NCBI GenBank assembly: GCA_963724765.1
Contig: CAVRVY010000004.1
Span: 1,344,001 to 1,408,000, forward strand
Source of the DNA: an uncultured delta proteobacterium
GTDB lineage: Bacteria > Desulfobacterota > Binatia > Binatales > Binataceae
DNA: 64,000 bases
Direction: 5' to 3'
Both the position numbers and the translations under genes were made by a program. Below, one piece after another: positions 26,833-36,205 of the stretch. The notes beneath the pieces are model-generated. The model worked only from the letters and a program-made list of their open reading frames with translations, was not told where the DNA came from and did no database searches. Numbering within the stretch: position 1 is the stretch's first letter; each line of letters opens with the position of its first letter.

Positions 26833-29748
26833 TTACGCTTTTCCTTTCGTCTGATAGATGTCGCGCAGATAGGTCACGTTGGGCCCGACATTGATTTCTT
26901 CCAACACCAGGTACCTGCGAAGCTTGTTGTCGACCCGCCGCCGCATCATCGCGCTTTGCGGATCGTCCTCGTCGCCGAAGGTCATCGCCTTGGAGGGGCA
27001 GGCCTGCACGCAAGCCGGCTGAATCTCACCGTCGCGCACCGGACGTTTTTCGATGAGTGCGTTGAGCTCGGAGTACGTGATGCGCTGGATGCAGAAGGAA
27101 CACTTTTCCATCACGCCCGCGCCGCGCACCGCCACGTCGGGGTTGAGCTGCAGGTTCAGCGGCTCTTCCCATTCGGGCAGCGACCAGTTGAAGCGCCGCA
27201 CCTTGTAGGGACAGTTGTTGTTGCAGTAGCGGGTGCCGACGCAACGATTGTAAACCTGCTGGTTGAGCCCTTCCTTGGTATGCGCCGAGGCGAACACCGG
27301 GCACACCGGCTCGCATGGCGCGCGGTCGCACTGCTGACAGAGCATCGGCGCCACGTGCATCAGCGGCGCCTCTTCAGCCTTCTCCTTGGGCGGGAAGTAG
27401 CGCTCGACCCGAATCCACGACATGATCCGCCCTATCTCGACGTAGTCCTTGCCCACCACGTGGAGATTGTTCTCGGCATAACAGGCGGCCACGCAGGCGC
27501 TGCATCCGGTGCACGAATTGGTATCGATGGTCATCGCCCACTTGTGCACGGGGTACTCGTACGGCGCGTACAACTCATAGGGCTGCGGGGGCTTGGGTTC
27601 GTCGGATGGCGGCAGCACGCCCTTGGCGAGGTCGTCGATACTGATGGTCTGCACGATCCCGCGCTCCATCTGATCGGCCGCGAACGTCGGCGAGACCAGC
27701 CGGCGCACGTCGCCGGTCGGACGCGCCTTGACCGCGACCGCCCTGTCCCACTGCGGCAGCACCGACCAGACGTTGGCGCCCTTGCCGTTGGCATAGCGTC
27801 CGTAGGCGGTATGTCCCTGTCCGGTTGGCACCGCGAATACGCCGGGGCGGACGTGTTCGGAAATCATCGCGGGCACCGCGATCGCGCCGGCTGCCGAGCG
27901 CAGTTCGACGATCCCGTTTTGCGAAACGCCTAGGCTGCGCGCGGTGTCCGGATGGATCTGCACCCACGAGTCCCACACCAGTTGCACGACGGGCTCGGGA
28001 ATTTCCTGCAGCCAGGGCTTGTTGGCGCCGCGCCCGTCGTAGAAAAAGATATGCGGCACGGCGATCAGCGTGAACCCCGTAGGGGCCTGGGGCGCCGGCA
28101 CGTTGGCCTCGAAGACCTTGCTATCTAGCTTGACTGCGGCCGCCTTGACCTCTTCGTACTGACCGCCGTTGCGACGCGCCTTCTCCCAGAACTCGTCGAA
28201 CGTGCCGCCGGCCTTGGCGCCGACTTCCTGCCATGCCGCGTTGACTGCGTCGGCCGTGTTCTCCCATGGCACCTGTTCGGTCTTGGCGCCCCCGGCGTGG
28301 GCCGAGGCCAGCAGGAGGTCGCCGAGCGGGCGCGAGTCGAATACCCGCGCCATCACCGGCTGTCCCAGCCCGCGCACGCCGGCTCGCGGCTGCGTATCGT
28401 GCCAAGTCTCCAGCGCATGGTCAGTGGGGATGCGCAAATGAGCCGCCGCCGCGGTTTCATCGGGGACGGTGCCCATCCAAGCCACGAAACCGACCTTGCC
28501 CATTGCCTCGTTGAACTTTTGCGCAACCGGCATCGAGAACAGCGGATTGCCGCCCGCGATCACCAGCACGTCGACTTCGCCAGCCGCCATCGCCTTGACC
28601 ACGGCCTCGATGTCCTCTGGCGAGCTTGCGGGCGCCGGCGCACCGGCGGCGAAAACCACGGTCTTGCCGAAATTGCCGGTGACCGCATTGAGGATGGCGA
28701 CCGCGTTATGCAGGGCCGGGTCATCGGTGCCGGCCATCGCGACCGCACTCTCGGACTGACCCAACGACTCACCCATGCGCATGATCGACTCGGCCGATAC
28801 CCCGGTCTTCTGCGCCACCGTGGCCGGCTCGAAATCGGCGGTCAGTTTGCGTAGCGCGTCAAGGTCGACGCCCGAGTTATGCGACACCCATCCCTGCTTG
28901 ACCAGCACGTTGAGCACGCTCAATGCGACAGCCGCTTCGTCGCCCGGGGTGGTGGCGACCCACTCGTCGCACTTGGCCGCGGTCATGGTCATCACCGGGC
29001 CGACGTAGGTAGCTCGCGCAAGGGTCAACTGTCCGCGGCGCTGCTTGGGCGTGCGGAAGGCCGCGTATTGGCGATGGAATTCGACGGGCGAGACCCAGGT
29101 ACTCAGGAAATCGGCGCCGAAGGAAATCAGCGCGTCGGCCTGGTCGATACGATAGATAGGCAGGTCGTCGCGCCCGAAGCTGGCCTTGGCCGCGGTGCGG
29201 GCCGCGTACTCGGCGAGCCGCTCGTAAGTCACCATCCGGCTCGAGCCGTAGGCGGCGAGCCAAAGTTGCGCGATTTTGGTCTGGGTCGGACCCAGCGGTC
29301 CACTGATGAACGCGACCCTGTCCTTGCCAGCCTTGGCGGCCGCGTCAAGATGTTCGTTGAAAGTCTTGAGCGCTTCGTCCCAACTCGCCGGCTCAAAGGA
29401 TCCATTTTGGGCGCGACGCTGAGGTCCGGACAGACGGTCGGGGTTGTAAACTTCCTGCAGCGCGGCCTGGCCACGCGCGCATATGGAGCCCCGGCTTATC
29501 GGGTCAGCGGGATTGCCCTCCAGCTTGATCACCCGACCCTCGCGCACACGCGCCACCAATCCACATCCGGCCGGACACTCGGTACATGCCGTCGCGTAGA
29601 AGGTCGGCATGCCGGGAATCACGTTTTCGTCGGGGACGACGTAAGGAATCAGGTTGCGGGCGGCCGGCTCGCATCCCGGTATCGCCGCCGCTGCTCCAGC
29701 GGTGGCGGCGAGCTTGATAAACGACCGCCTGGACAAGCCCTCTGACAT
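26833..29748 (-). CDS. actB: Alternative Complex III subunit ActB (molybdopterin-oxidoreductase-like plus 4Fe-4S fusion), Tat lipoprotein
   Basis: Tat motif SRRSFIK followed by IPGC; CTECPAGC; CTGCSACVAAC, CQQCDRAPCEPVCP, CVGTRYCNNNCP, MEKCSFC; ATG at 29748. Confidence 0.92.
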   Translation of the reverse strand: MSEGLSRRSFIKLAATAGAAAAIPGCEPAARNLIPYVVPDENVIPGMPTFYATACTECPAGCGLVARVREGRVIKLEGNPADPISRGSICARGQAALQEVYNPDRLSGPQRRAQNGSFEPASWDEALKTFNEHLDAAAKAGKDRVAFISGPLGPTQTKIAQLWLAAYGSSRMVTYERLAEYAARTAAKASFGRDDLPIYRIDQADALISFGADFLSTWVSPVEFHRQYAAFRTPKQRRGQLTLARATYVGPVMTMTAAKCDEWVATTPGDEAAVALSVLNVLVKQGWVSHNSGVDLDALRKLTADFEPATVAQKTGVSAESIMRMGESLGQSESAVAMAGTDDPALHNAVAILNAVTGNFGKTVVFAAGAPAPASSPEDIEAVVKAMAAGEVDVLVIAGGNPLFSMPVAQKFNEAMGKVGFVAWMGTVPDETAAAAHLRIPTDHALETWHDTQPRAGVRGLGQPVMARVFDSRPLGDLLLASAHAGGAKTEQVPWENTADAVNAAWQEVGAKAGGTFDEFWEKARRNGGQYEEVKAAAVKLDSKVFEANVPAPQAPTGFTLIAVPHIFFYDGRGANKPWLQEIPEPVVQLVWDSWVQIHPDTARSLGVSQNGIVELRSAAGAIAVPAMISEHVRPGVFAVPTGQGHTAYGRYANGKGANVWSVLPQWDRAVAVKARPTGDVRRLVSPTFAADQMERGIVQTISIDDLAKGVLPPSDEPKPPQPYELYAPYEYPVHKWAMTIDTNSCTGCSACVAACYAENNLHVVGKDYVEIGRIMSWIRVERYFPPKEKAEEAPLMHVAPMLCQQCDRAPCEPVCPVFASAHTKEGLNQQVYNRCVGTRYCNNNCPYKVRRFNWSLPEWEEPLNLQLNPDVAVRGAGVMEKCSFCIQRITYSELNALIEKRPVRDGEIQPACVQACPSKAMTFGDEDDPQSAMMRRRVDNKLRRYLVLEEINVGPNVTYLRDIYQTKGKA

Positions 29749-29770
29749 TTGGATGGTCCCTCTCGCTCCT

Positions 29771-30295
29771 CTAGTGATGGCAGACGTAGCAGTCCTGGGT
29801 GGCTCCGCGCTTGGTATGGCAGTCGATGCAGAACCCCATGTTGATCTCATGCACCGGCTGGATTCTTTCCATCGTCTCCACCGGGCCGTGGCACGTCTGG
29901 CAGGCCACGCCGGCGTTGATATGCGGCCGATGCGTAAAGCGTACGAAGTCGGGCAACGTATAGACCCGGTTCCAGCGGATTTCGAAATTGGACTGTGTGT
30001 GATCGGTCCAGGGACGGGTCACTGGCAACAGCCCACCGCTCTTCTGGCTGCCGTGGCATCCTACGCAGCGCTGCACGGGCGGCACGCCAGAGGTCGAGGA
30101 GCGCCGCGCGTACTCGTGGCAATACTGGCAGGGGATTTTGTTAACCCCCGCGTGGATACGATGGCTGAAGGGTATCGGCTGCTGAACATCGTAAAGCGGG
30201 GCCCACGGCCGTTGCGAGAAGGCGATCACGCTCACCCCGCCGGCGAACATCACCAGGGCCAGCGTTAGTAATGTGCGGTTCAGATTCAGGTTCAT
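29771..30295 (-). CDS. actA: Alternative Complex III subunit ActA (pentaheme cytochrome c)
   Basis: N-terminal TM, QPIPFSHRIH, five CxxCH motifs (CQYCH, CVGCH, CQTCH, CIDCH, CYVCH). Confidence 0.92.
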   Translation of the reverse strand: MNLNLNRTLLTLALVMFAGGVSVIAFSQRPWAPLYDVQQPIPFSHRIHAGVNKIPCQYCHEYARRSSTSGVPPVQRCVGCHGSQKSGGLLPVTRPWTDHTQSNFEIRWNRVYTLPDFVRFTHRPHINAGVACQTCHGPVETMERIQPVHEINMGFCIDCHTKRGATQDCYVCHH

Positions 30296-30702
30296 TTCAA
30301 ATCCGGTAAAACGCTCCCCCCAAAGCCCGCGCGCGGCGCGGCCGTGCTGGGCCACGATGCGCACGCGGACACTGCCGCGTGCGCGACTCTATCTCCGCAC
30401 GCGGGATCAACCGGCCTGGCCGCGCACTCAATTCTCAAGCTCTCAAGTCTCATGCAAGCCGGGATTACGAAACCGCAAACGGCAAGATAACTAACATTGC
30501 TCGGTGCGTTCGGCAAGAGAAAGTAATGACCAAAAATAAATTTCGGTTTGCGCGCCCGCGCCACCTTCTCCGGCAGTGCCTCGTATAGTCCGGAGCGCGG
30601 TTGGACGCGCGCGCCAGCGCGAGGTTGCCCACAGGTACCGCGATGGGCTGTGGGCAGGCGCGGTCAAGCGATGTTTGTGTGCCGGGCCAAGTGTGGTAAG
30701 TA

Positions 30703-31905
30703 GTGTACGAACTGAAATCCGGAGACCAGCTCACAAAGGTGCAGATAAAGCCCGCCGCCAGACTCGGACTGCTGCCGCCATATCTTTTCGCCGAACTCGA
30801 CCGTCTGAAAAAAGAGGTCCAGCAACGGGGCGTCGACGTCATCAGCCTCGGCATCGGCGACCCCGATCTGCCCACGCCGGCCCATATCGTCGCGCGTCTG
30901 CAGTCAGCCGCCGCCGACCCGGTCAACCATCGCTATCCCGACTACGAGGGGCTCGAACGCTTTCGCGCCGCCGCCTCCGGATGGTATCGGCGCCGCTTCG
31001 AGATCAAACTCGACCCGGCCCGCGAGGTCTGCGCGCTGCTTGGCTCCAAAGAAGGAATCGCCAATTTTCCGACGGCGGTCGTCGACCCGGGCGATATCGT
31101 GCTCATCCCCGACCCCGGCTATCCGGTGTATTATTCGGGATGCGTGTTCAATGGGGGCGAGCCCTACTTCATGCGGCTCAGCAAGCAGAATGCTTTTTTG
31201 CCGGATCTGGCAGCGATTCCCGCCGAGGTCGCTGGCCGGGCCAAGCTGATGTGGATCAATTATCCGAACAACCCGACCGCGGCGACTGCAGAGCGTTCCT
31301 TCCTAAAGGACGCGGTTGATTTCTGTCTCAAGCACAACATCATTCTCGCCCACGACTTCGCCTACTCCGAGATCGCGTTTGACGGCTATCGTGCGCCGAG
31401 CGTGCTCGAGATCGACGGCGCGCGCGAATGCGCGGTCGAGTTCCATTCGCTGTCCAAGACCTACTCGATGACCGGATGGCGGGTCGGATTCGTGGTCGGC
31501 AACGCGGCGGCCGTCAGCGCGATGGGTAAGGTCAAGACCAATATCGACTCTGGCGTCTTTCAGGCGGTGCAGGAGGCGGCTATCGCGGCCCTGGAGGGCA
31601 GCGAGGACACGCTGCACGAATACTGCGCCATCTACCAGCAAAGACGCGACCTGATGGTCGACGCGGTGCGCAGCCTGGGCCTGGAATGCGCGAAGCCGCG
31701 TGCGACCTTCTATATCTGGGCCGAGGTTCCCAAGGGCTACACCTCGGTGTCTTTCACCGAGCGCGTGATTAAGGAGACCGGCGTGGTGGTGACGCCGGGT
31801 TCCGGATTCGGCAAGGGTGGCGAGGGATTCGTTCGCTTTTCGCTGACGGTGGCGAACGATCGGTTGAAAGAGGCTGTGGAACGAATCAAGGCGTTGCGGT
31901 TTTAA
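30703..31905 (+). CDS. dapL: LL-diaminopimelate aminotransferase (start may be GTG 30739)
   Basis: LPPYLFAEL, SLGIGDPD, GSKEGIA, NYPNNPT, EFHSLSKTYSMTGWRVG, NIDSG. Confidence 0.85.
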   Translation: MYELKSGDQLTKVQIKPAARLGLLPPYLFAELDRLKKEVQQRGVDVISLGIGDPDLPTPAHIVARLQSAAADPVNHRYPDYEGLERFRAAASGWYRRRFEIKLDPAREVCALLGSKEGIANFPTAVVDPGDIVLIPDPGYPVYYSGCVFNGGEPYFMRLSKQNAFLPDLAAIPAEVAGRAKLMWINYPNNPTAATAERSFLKDAVDFCLKHNIILAHDFAYSEIAFDGYRAPSVLEIDGARECAVEFHSLSKTYSMTGWRVGFVVGNAAAVSAMGKVKTNIDSGVFQAVQEAAIAALEGSEDTLHEYCAIYQQRRDLMVDAVRSLGLECAKPRATFYIWAEVPKGYTSVSFTERVIKETGVVVTPGSGFGKGGEGFVRFSLTVANDRLKEAVERIKALRF

Positions 31906-31914
31906 ACGGCGGGG

Positions 31915-32478
31915 ATGCCCCATAGGGCTTTCATCGGTTTAGGGACTAATCTCGGCGACAGGGCGGCCAATTATCGTGAGGCCGTCCAGCGCATCGTGGC
32001 GCTGCCTACTACGCGGGTGGTGCGCCAGTCCTCGATCTACGAGACCGAGCCGGTAGGCGACATCAAGGGCGCGTTCATCAACGGCGTGGTCGAGGTCGAG
32101 ACCGAGCTTGCGCCCGACGCCATGATGCGCCGCTTGCTCGCAATCGAACGGGTGATGGGACGCAAGCGGGTGCGCGGCAAGAAGCCCGCTTCGAGCCGCG
32201 CCAAGTACCGGCCGCGCATCATCGACCTTGACTTGCTTTTCTTCGACAACGAGATTATCGACACCCGAACGCTCAAGGTGCCGCATCCGCGGCTGCACGA
32301 GAGGCGTTTCGTGCTGGCGCCGATGAGCGAGCTTGCGCCCGCGCTGATCCATCCGAAGCTCAACGCTTCGATTTCGGAATTGCTCGCCGCGCTCAAATCA
32401 GCGCACCGGGTTACGCTGGCGCGGGCGGACCTTCTAAGGGCGCCGTCCGCCGCAGGAGGAGGAGTGGCTTCGCGATGA
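31915..32478 (+). CDS. folK: 2-amino-4-hydroxy-6-hydroxymethyldihydropteridine diphosphokinase
   Basis: [42 protein letters not shown]. Confidence 0.95.
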   Translation: MPHRAFIGLGTNLGDRAANYREAVQRIVALPTTRVVRQSSIYETEPVGDIKGAFINGVVEVETELAPDAMMRRLLAIERVMGRKRVRGKKPASSRAKYRPRIIDLDLLFFDNEIIDTRTLKVPHPRLHERRFVLAPMSELAPALIHPKLNASISELLAALKSAHRVTLARADLLRAPSAAGGGVASR

Positions 32479-33125
32479 AGTTTTTTATCGACACGGCCGA
32501 TGTCAACGAGATTCGCGAGGCCGCGACCTGGGGCCTGGTCGACGGCGTCACCACCAATCCGAGCCTGATTGCGAAGACCGGGCGCCCGTACGCCGACGTC
32601 CTGCGCGAGATTTGCGAGGTCGTGGACGGACCGGTGAGCGCCGAGGTCGTATCCACCGAGGCCCCGGCGATGCTCGAGGAGGGCGAGCGCCTGGCCCACC
32701 TGCATCCCAACATCGTGGTCAAATGCCCGCTCATCATCGAGGGATTGAAGGCCACGCGCGCGCTCAGCAACCGCGGCATCAAGGTCAACGTGACGCTGGT
32801 GTTCAGTCCGCTGCAAGGGCTGGCGGCGGCCAAGTGCGGCGCAACCTATCTTTCGCCCTTCGTCGGGCGCCTCGACGATATCGGCCACGACGGCATCGCG
32901 ATGGTCGATCAGCTCGTGCGCATCCTGCGCAATTACGGCTACCCGACGCAGGTGCTGGTGGCCTCGATTCGTACCCCCGTTCATCTGTTGCGGGCGGCCG
33001 AGATGGGCGCGCACGTCGCGACGCTGCCGTTCGCCGTAATGAAGCAGATACTGCATCATCCACTGACCGACATGGGACTGGAGAAGTTTCTCGCCGACTG
33101 GCGCGCGACCAAGCAGAAGATCTGA
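32475..33125 (+). CDS. fsa: Transaldolase / fructose-6-phosphate aldolase (FSA/TalC type)
   Basis: [49 protein letters not shown]. Confidence 0.94.
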   Translation: MKFFIDTADVNEIREAATWGLVDGVTTNPSLIAKTGRPYADVLREICEVVDGPVSAEVVSTEAPAMLEEGERLAHLHPNIVVKCPLIIEGLKATRALSNRGIKVNVTLVFSPLQGLAAAKCGATYLSPFVGRLDDIGHDGIAMVDQLVRILRNYGYPTQVLVASIRTPVHLLRAAEMGAHVATLPFAVMKQILHHPLTDMGLEKFLADWRATKQKI

Positions 33126-33207
33126 TCGCACCGCGGTTGTGCGACGCTCGCCATTAGCTGCGCAATCCGCGAATCCGCACCTAAGGTCTTTGGCTTGAGC
33201 TTCTGTT

Positions 33208-33229
33208 GTAGGGGCCGTTCGTGAACGGC
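33208..33229 (+). repeat. GTAG-family REP-like palindrome, copy 2
   Basis: 33201-33229 matches 9051-9079 at 28 of 29 positions. Confidence 0.7.
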
Positions 33230-33286
33230 GGCAGCCTTCGCTCAGGATGACCCCGAAGGAGCCAAAAGCGGAATCCGAGCCGGGAA

Positions 33287-33961
33287 CTACACCATCTCGA
33301 TTCCGCCCCACAGGAACGCGAGCGAGATCGCGCCGTTGCGCGAGTTGACGTTGTGCGTACAGCCGTTGGGCCGGATGCTCATGTTGCCGCTCGCGACTTC
33401 GCCGCTCTCGTCGGCATGCGAGCCCTCGACCATGTAAAGCAATTCCTCGCCGGTGTGGCGATGGCGCGGCAGCGCGGCACCGGGCTCGAACAGCGCCAGT
33501 ATGGCGCGGCGATTGGTCGCCTTGTCCTCCCAGATGAGTTTCTGGCGCACCCCGGGCAGCGTGTCGCGCCAGGGAATCTCGCTGACCGCGAAAATCAACG
33601 AGCGCGGCGCATTGCCCGGTTCCTTGGCCGGCTCGACCCCGCCGGTGACCACGGCCAGCACCGTCGCTCCATTCCTGCTGCTCACATTGTGCACGCAGCC
33701 GTTTGGCCTGTAGCCCATGTTGCCCGCGCTGACGGTGCCGGATTCGTCCGCGATCGCGCCCTCGATCACGTACAGAATTTCATCGCCGGCGTGACGATGC
33801 GTCGGCAGGCTCGCGCCGGGCTCGAAGCGGCTCAGCAGAGCCCGCCGCTGGGTTACCGGATCGGACCATAGCGCCTTCTGACGTATGCCCGGCAGCGTCT
33901 CGTGCCGCTTCCACTCGATGTCGGGGACCGCGATGATTCGTGAAGGTGGGTTTTCGGCCAT
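33287..33961 (-). CDS. Bicupin (ChrR/cupin_7-like tandem domains)
   Basis: Two repeats of W..TLPG.RQK.. / PGA.LP.HRH.G.E.LY..EG / RPNGC.HNV. Confidence 0.85.
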   Translation of the reverse strand: MAENPPSRIIAVPDIEWKRHETLPGIRQKALWSDPVTQRRALLSRFEPGASLPTHRHAGDEILYVIEGAIADESGTVSAGNMGYRPNGCVHNVSSRNGATVLAVVTGGVEPAKEPGNAPRSLIFAVSEIPWRDTLPGVRQKLIWEDKATNRRAILALFEPGAALPRHRHTGEELLYMVEGSHADESGEVASGNMSIRPNGCTHNVNSRNGAISLAFLWGGIEMV

Positions 33962-34041
33962 GGCAGCATCCCTCCGCGCCGTGGGCTCGTGCGCGCGCCG
34001 CGGCTTGAGGGGCGCGCCGGTTTTTGTTCAGATCTCTTTGC

Positions 34042-35313
34042 TTACGACGCCTGGGTCTGCGGCGCGGCCGTAAGCGCCCGATCGCGCACCAGCACGCCCT
34101 CGGAATATAGCGCCCGGATCCGGTCCTCCGACATTCCGAGCACCTCGTGCAGCACGCGCTCGTTGTCCTCGCCGAGCAGCGCCGCGCGCAGATCGAGCTT
34201 GTCCGGCCATGCCGAAAACTTGACCGGGACGCCCGGGACGTCGAGTTCGCCGAGGAAACGGTCCTTCACCCGGCGCACAGTGTTGCGCGCGCGCAGGTGC
34301 GGATGCTCCATCGCTTCGTTGAGCGAGAGCACTGGCGCACAGGCTACGCGTTCCTTGTCGAGCGCGGCCAGCGCTTCCTCGCGCGTCGGAAAGCCGCCAA
34401 GCCACTGCTCGATGATTTCCTTGAGCGCCTCATTGTTGTCGCGCCGTCCGCGGGCGCTGCGAAAGCGGGGGTCGCTCGCCAGTTCCGGCTTGCCCATCGC
34501 ACGCACCATTTGCGGCCACTGATGCGGCATCACGGCCAAAAAAACGTAGTGGTTGCCCTGGTAGCGGAAAATTCCGGTGGGACCGCCGCCCGGATGCTGC
34601 GAGCCGCTGCGGGTGGGACGGTATTTGCTGCCGCGCAGCGAGACCATCGGCACGTTGGCCTCGTGCATGTGGAAGTAGGTGTCGAGGATCGAGGCGTCCA
34701 TGTACTGGCCCTCGCCAGTGCGCTCGCGATGCAGCAGCGCAAAGCCAATCGCCATCGCCGCCGACATCCCGGTCGACACGTCCCCGATCGCCATCGTGAC
34801 GATCGCGGGGGGCCGGTCGGCCTCGCCGATGCCGTCGGTTATCGCGGCATAGGCCTGTCCCATGTAGTCGTAGCCGACCTTGTAGGCGAGCGGGCCGCTC
34901 TGCCCAAGGGCGGAAATCGAGCACATGATGATCTTCGGATTGCGCGCGCGCAGCTCGTCGTATCCGAAACCCATCTTCTTGATGATCCCGGGGGCGTAGT
35001 TTTCCACCACTACGTCGATTTTCGGAATCATCGAATAAATTAGCTCGCGCGCGCCGGGCTTGTTGATGTCGACCGCGAGGCTGAGCTTGCTGTGGTTGTG
35101 CTGGAAGTAATAGCTGCTCTGGCTGGAGTCCTTGTACTCGGGTGAAAGCGGCTTGAGCCCGGCGGCGCGCACGCGATCGCCGGACGGCGCGAGTTCCACT
35201 TTGATGACCTCGGCGCCCATCTCGGCCAGCACGCGCGTGCAGGTCGGCCCGGCAACGAACTGGGTAAAGTCAAGGACTCGATAGCCTTGGAGCATCCGCG
35301 GTTTATCGGGCAT
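34042..35313 (-). CDS. Class III CoA-transferase (CaiB/BaiF family)
   Basis: LQGYRVLDFTQFVAGP, GAEVIKVE, DVVVENY, GYDYMGQA, GDVSTG, LGEDN. Confidence 0.92.
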   Translation of the reverse strand: MPDKPRMLQGYRVLDFTQFVAGPTCTRVLAEMGAEVIKVELAPSGDRVRAAGLKPLSPEYKDSSQSSYYFQHNHSKLSLAVDINKPGARELIYSMIPKIDVVVENYAPGIIKKMGFGYDELRARNPKIIMCSISALGQSGPLAYKVGYDYMGQAYAAITDGIGEADRPPAIVTMAIGDVSTGMSAAMAIGFALLHRERTGEGQYMDASILDTYFHMHEANVPMVSLRGSKYRPTRSGSQHPGGGPTGIFRYQGNHYVFLAVMPHQWPQMVRAMGKPELASDPRFRSARGRRDNNEALKEIIEQWLGGFPTREEALAALDKERVACAPVLSLNEAMEHPHLRARNTVRRVKDRFLGELDVPGVPVKFSAWPDKLDLRAALLGEDNERVLHEVLGMSEDRIRALYSEGVLVRDRALTAAPQTQAS

Positions 35314-35546
35314 GGTTTCAAACCTCCGTGCGTGCGCGGCCGACTGCATACGTTCGGGCTTGGCGCCGGTTACGCCACACTACAAAAAGCCGGGTGGGCT
35401 GTAAAACCGCTCGCGGCGAGCCGTTTTGCGATCAACGCCAGGGTAATTTTTGCGATCTGTACTTTTTGGGGTGACGTGCGGCAAATCCGGGTTACCCGCT
35501 TTTCGCGCGTTGTGCGAAACCGTGCGATTCGCTGGCCTTCTTTCGC

Positions 35547-35562
35547 TGGCACCCTTGATGCT
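35547..35562 (+). promoter_or_regulatory. Candidate sigma54 (-24/-12) promoter
   Basis: TGGCACCCTTGATGCT with GG-N10-GC spacing; 23 nt upstream of ATG 35585; RBS-like ggtgagg between. Confidence 0.6.
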
Positions 35563-35584
35563 CCTTCGGGGGGTGAGGCGAACG

Positions 35585-35914
35585 ATGATGAGGAACAAAT
35601 CTTATCCTGCCAAAACTTATTCTGCCAAAATCTATCCTGCGTTGAAGGCATTGATTTTCGTGGCTGGAGCGGCGTTGTTACAGGCCTGCTTTTACGGCGG
35701 CGGGCATCCCTACTACGCGGAACCGGCGCCTTATGCCTATAGGCCGCCGTCCTCTTACGCTTACGCCGCGCCTCCTGCCTACGGCTACGCAGTGCCGCCG
35801 CGAGTCGGCGACTATGACGAGCATCATCAGTGGCACGATCGCAGCTGGTGGGTGCAGAACAACCGTCGGTGGGTGCAGCAACATCACCCGGACTGGATTG
35901 GACATGGTCGATAA
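35585..35914 (+). CDS. Small putative lipoprotein with Tyr/Pro-rich linker and His/Trp-rich C-terminus
   Basis: Lipobox LLQAC; GDYDEHHQWHDRSWWVQNNRRWVQQHHPDW; followed by a terminator. Confidence 0.7.
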   Translation: MMRNKSYPAKTYSAKIYPALKALIFVAGAALLQACFYGGGHPYYAEPAPYAYRPPSSYAYAAPPAYGYAVPPRVGDYDEHHQWHDRSWWVQNNRRWVQQHHPDWIGHGR

Positions 35915-35999
35915 TGACCGCGACCGTCACTAACATGCGTTTGTGCGGTTAACCTGCTCGCGGCGCGCTTGCGCACGCAGCGGGATGAGATAGGGCAAG

Positions 36000-36047
36000 A
36001 AAAGCAGAGCCGAGCCGTATGTAGAAACGACTCCGCTCTGCTTTTTA
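36000..36047. terminator. Intrinsic (possibly bidirectional) terminator
   Basis: aaaagcagagc...gctctgcttttt imperfect hairpin flanked by A and T runs. Confidence 0.7.
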
Positions 36048-36205
36048 CAGCACCACTCCATCAACCTGCACGAGCGGGCCGGCGGATTTTCTAAAATCCG
36101 CTCTCAAGGTCTGGCATCGTCCGAAATAGTGCTTATGTTTGTTGGGTAGGTATCACCGAGATTTAACACTTCTTCGGCACTTGCGCATTTCCGCAGTTAC
36201 GTCAG

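Noticed and set aside
32037-33311. 424-aa minus-strand ORF
   Set aside because: Overlaps folK, fsa and the repeat region on the opposite strand; no domain signal.
36110-36136. CIRCE element or sigma54 promoter upstream of grpE (ctggcatcgtccgaaatagtgctta)
   Set aside because: Only the right arm resembles CIRCE and the spacing is wrong; GG-N10-GC spacing is not met.
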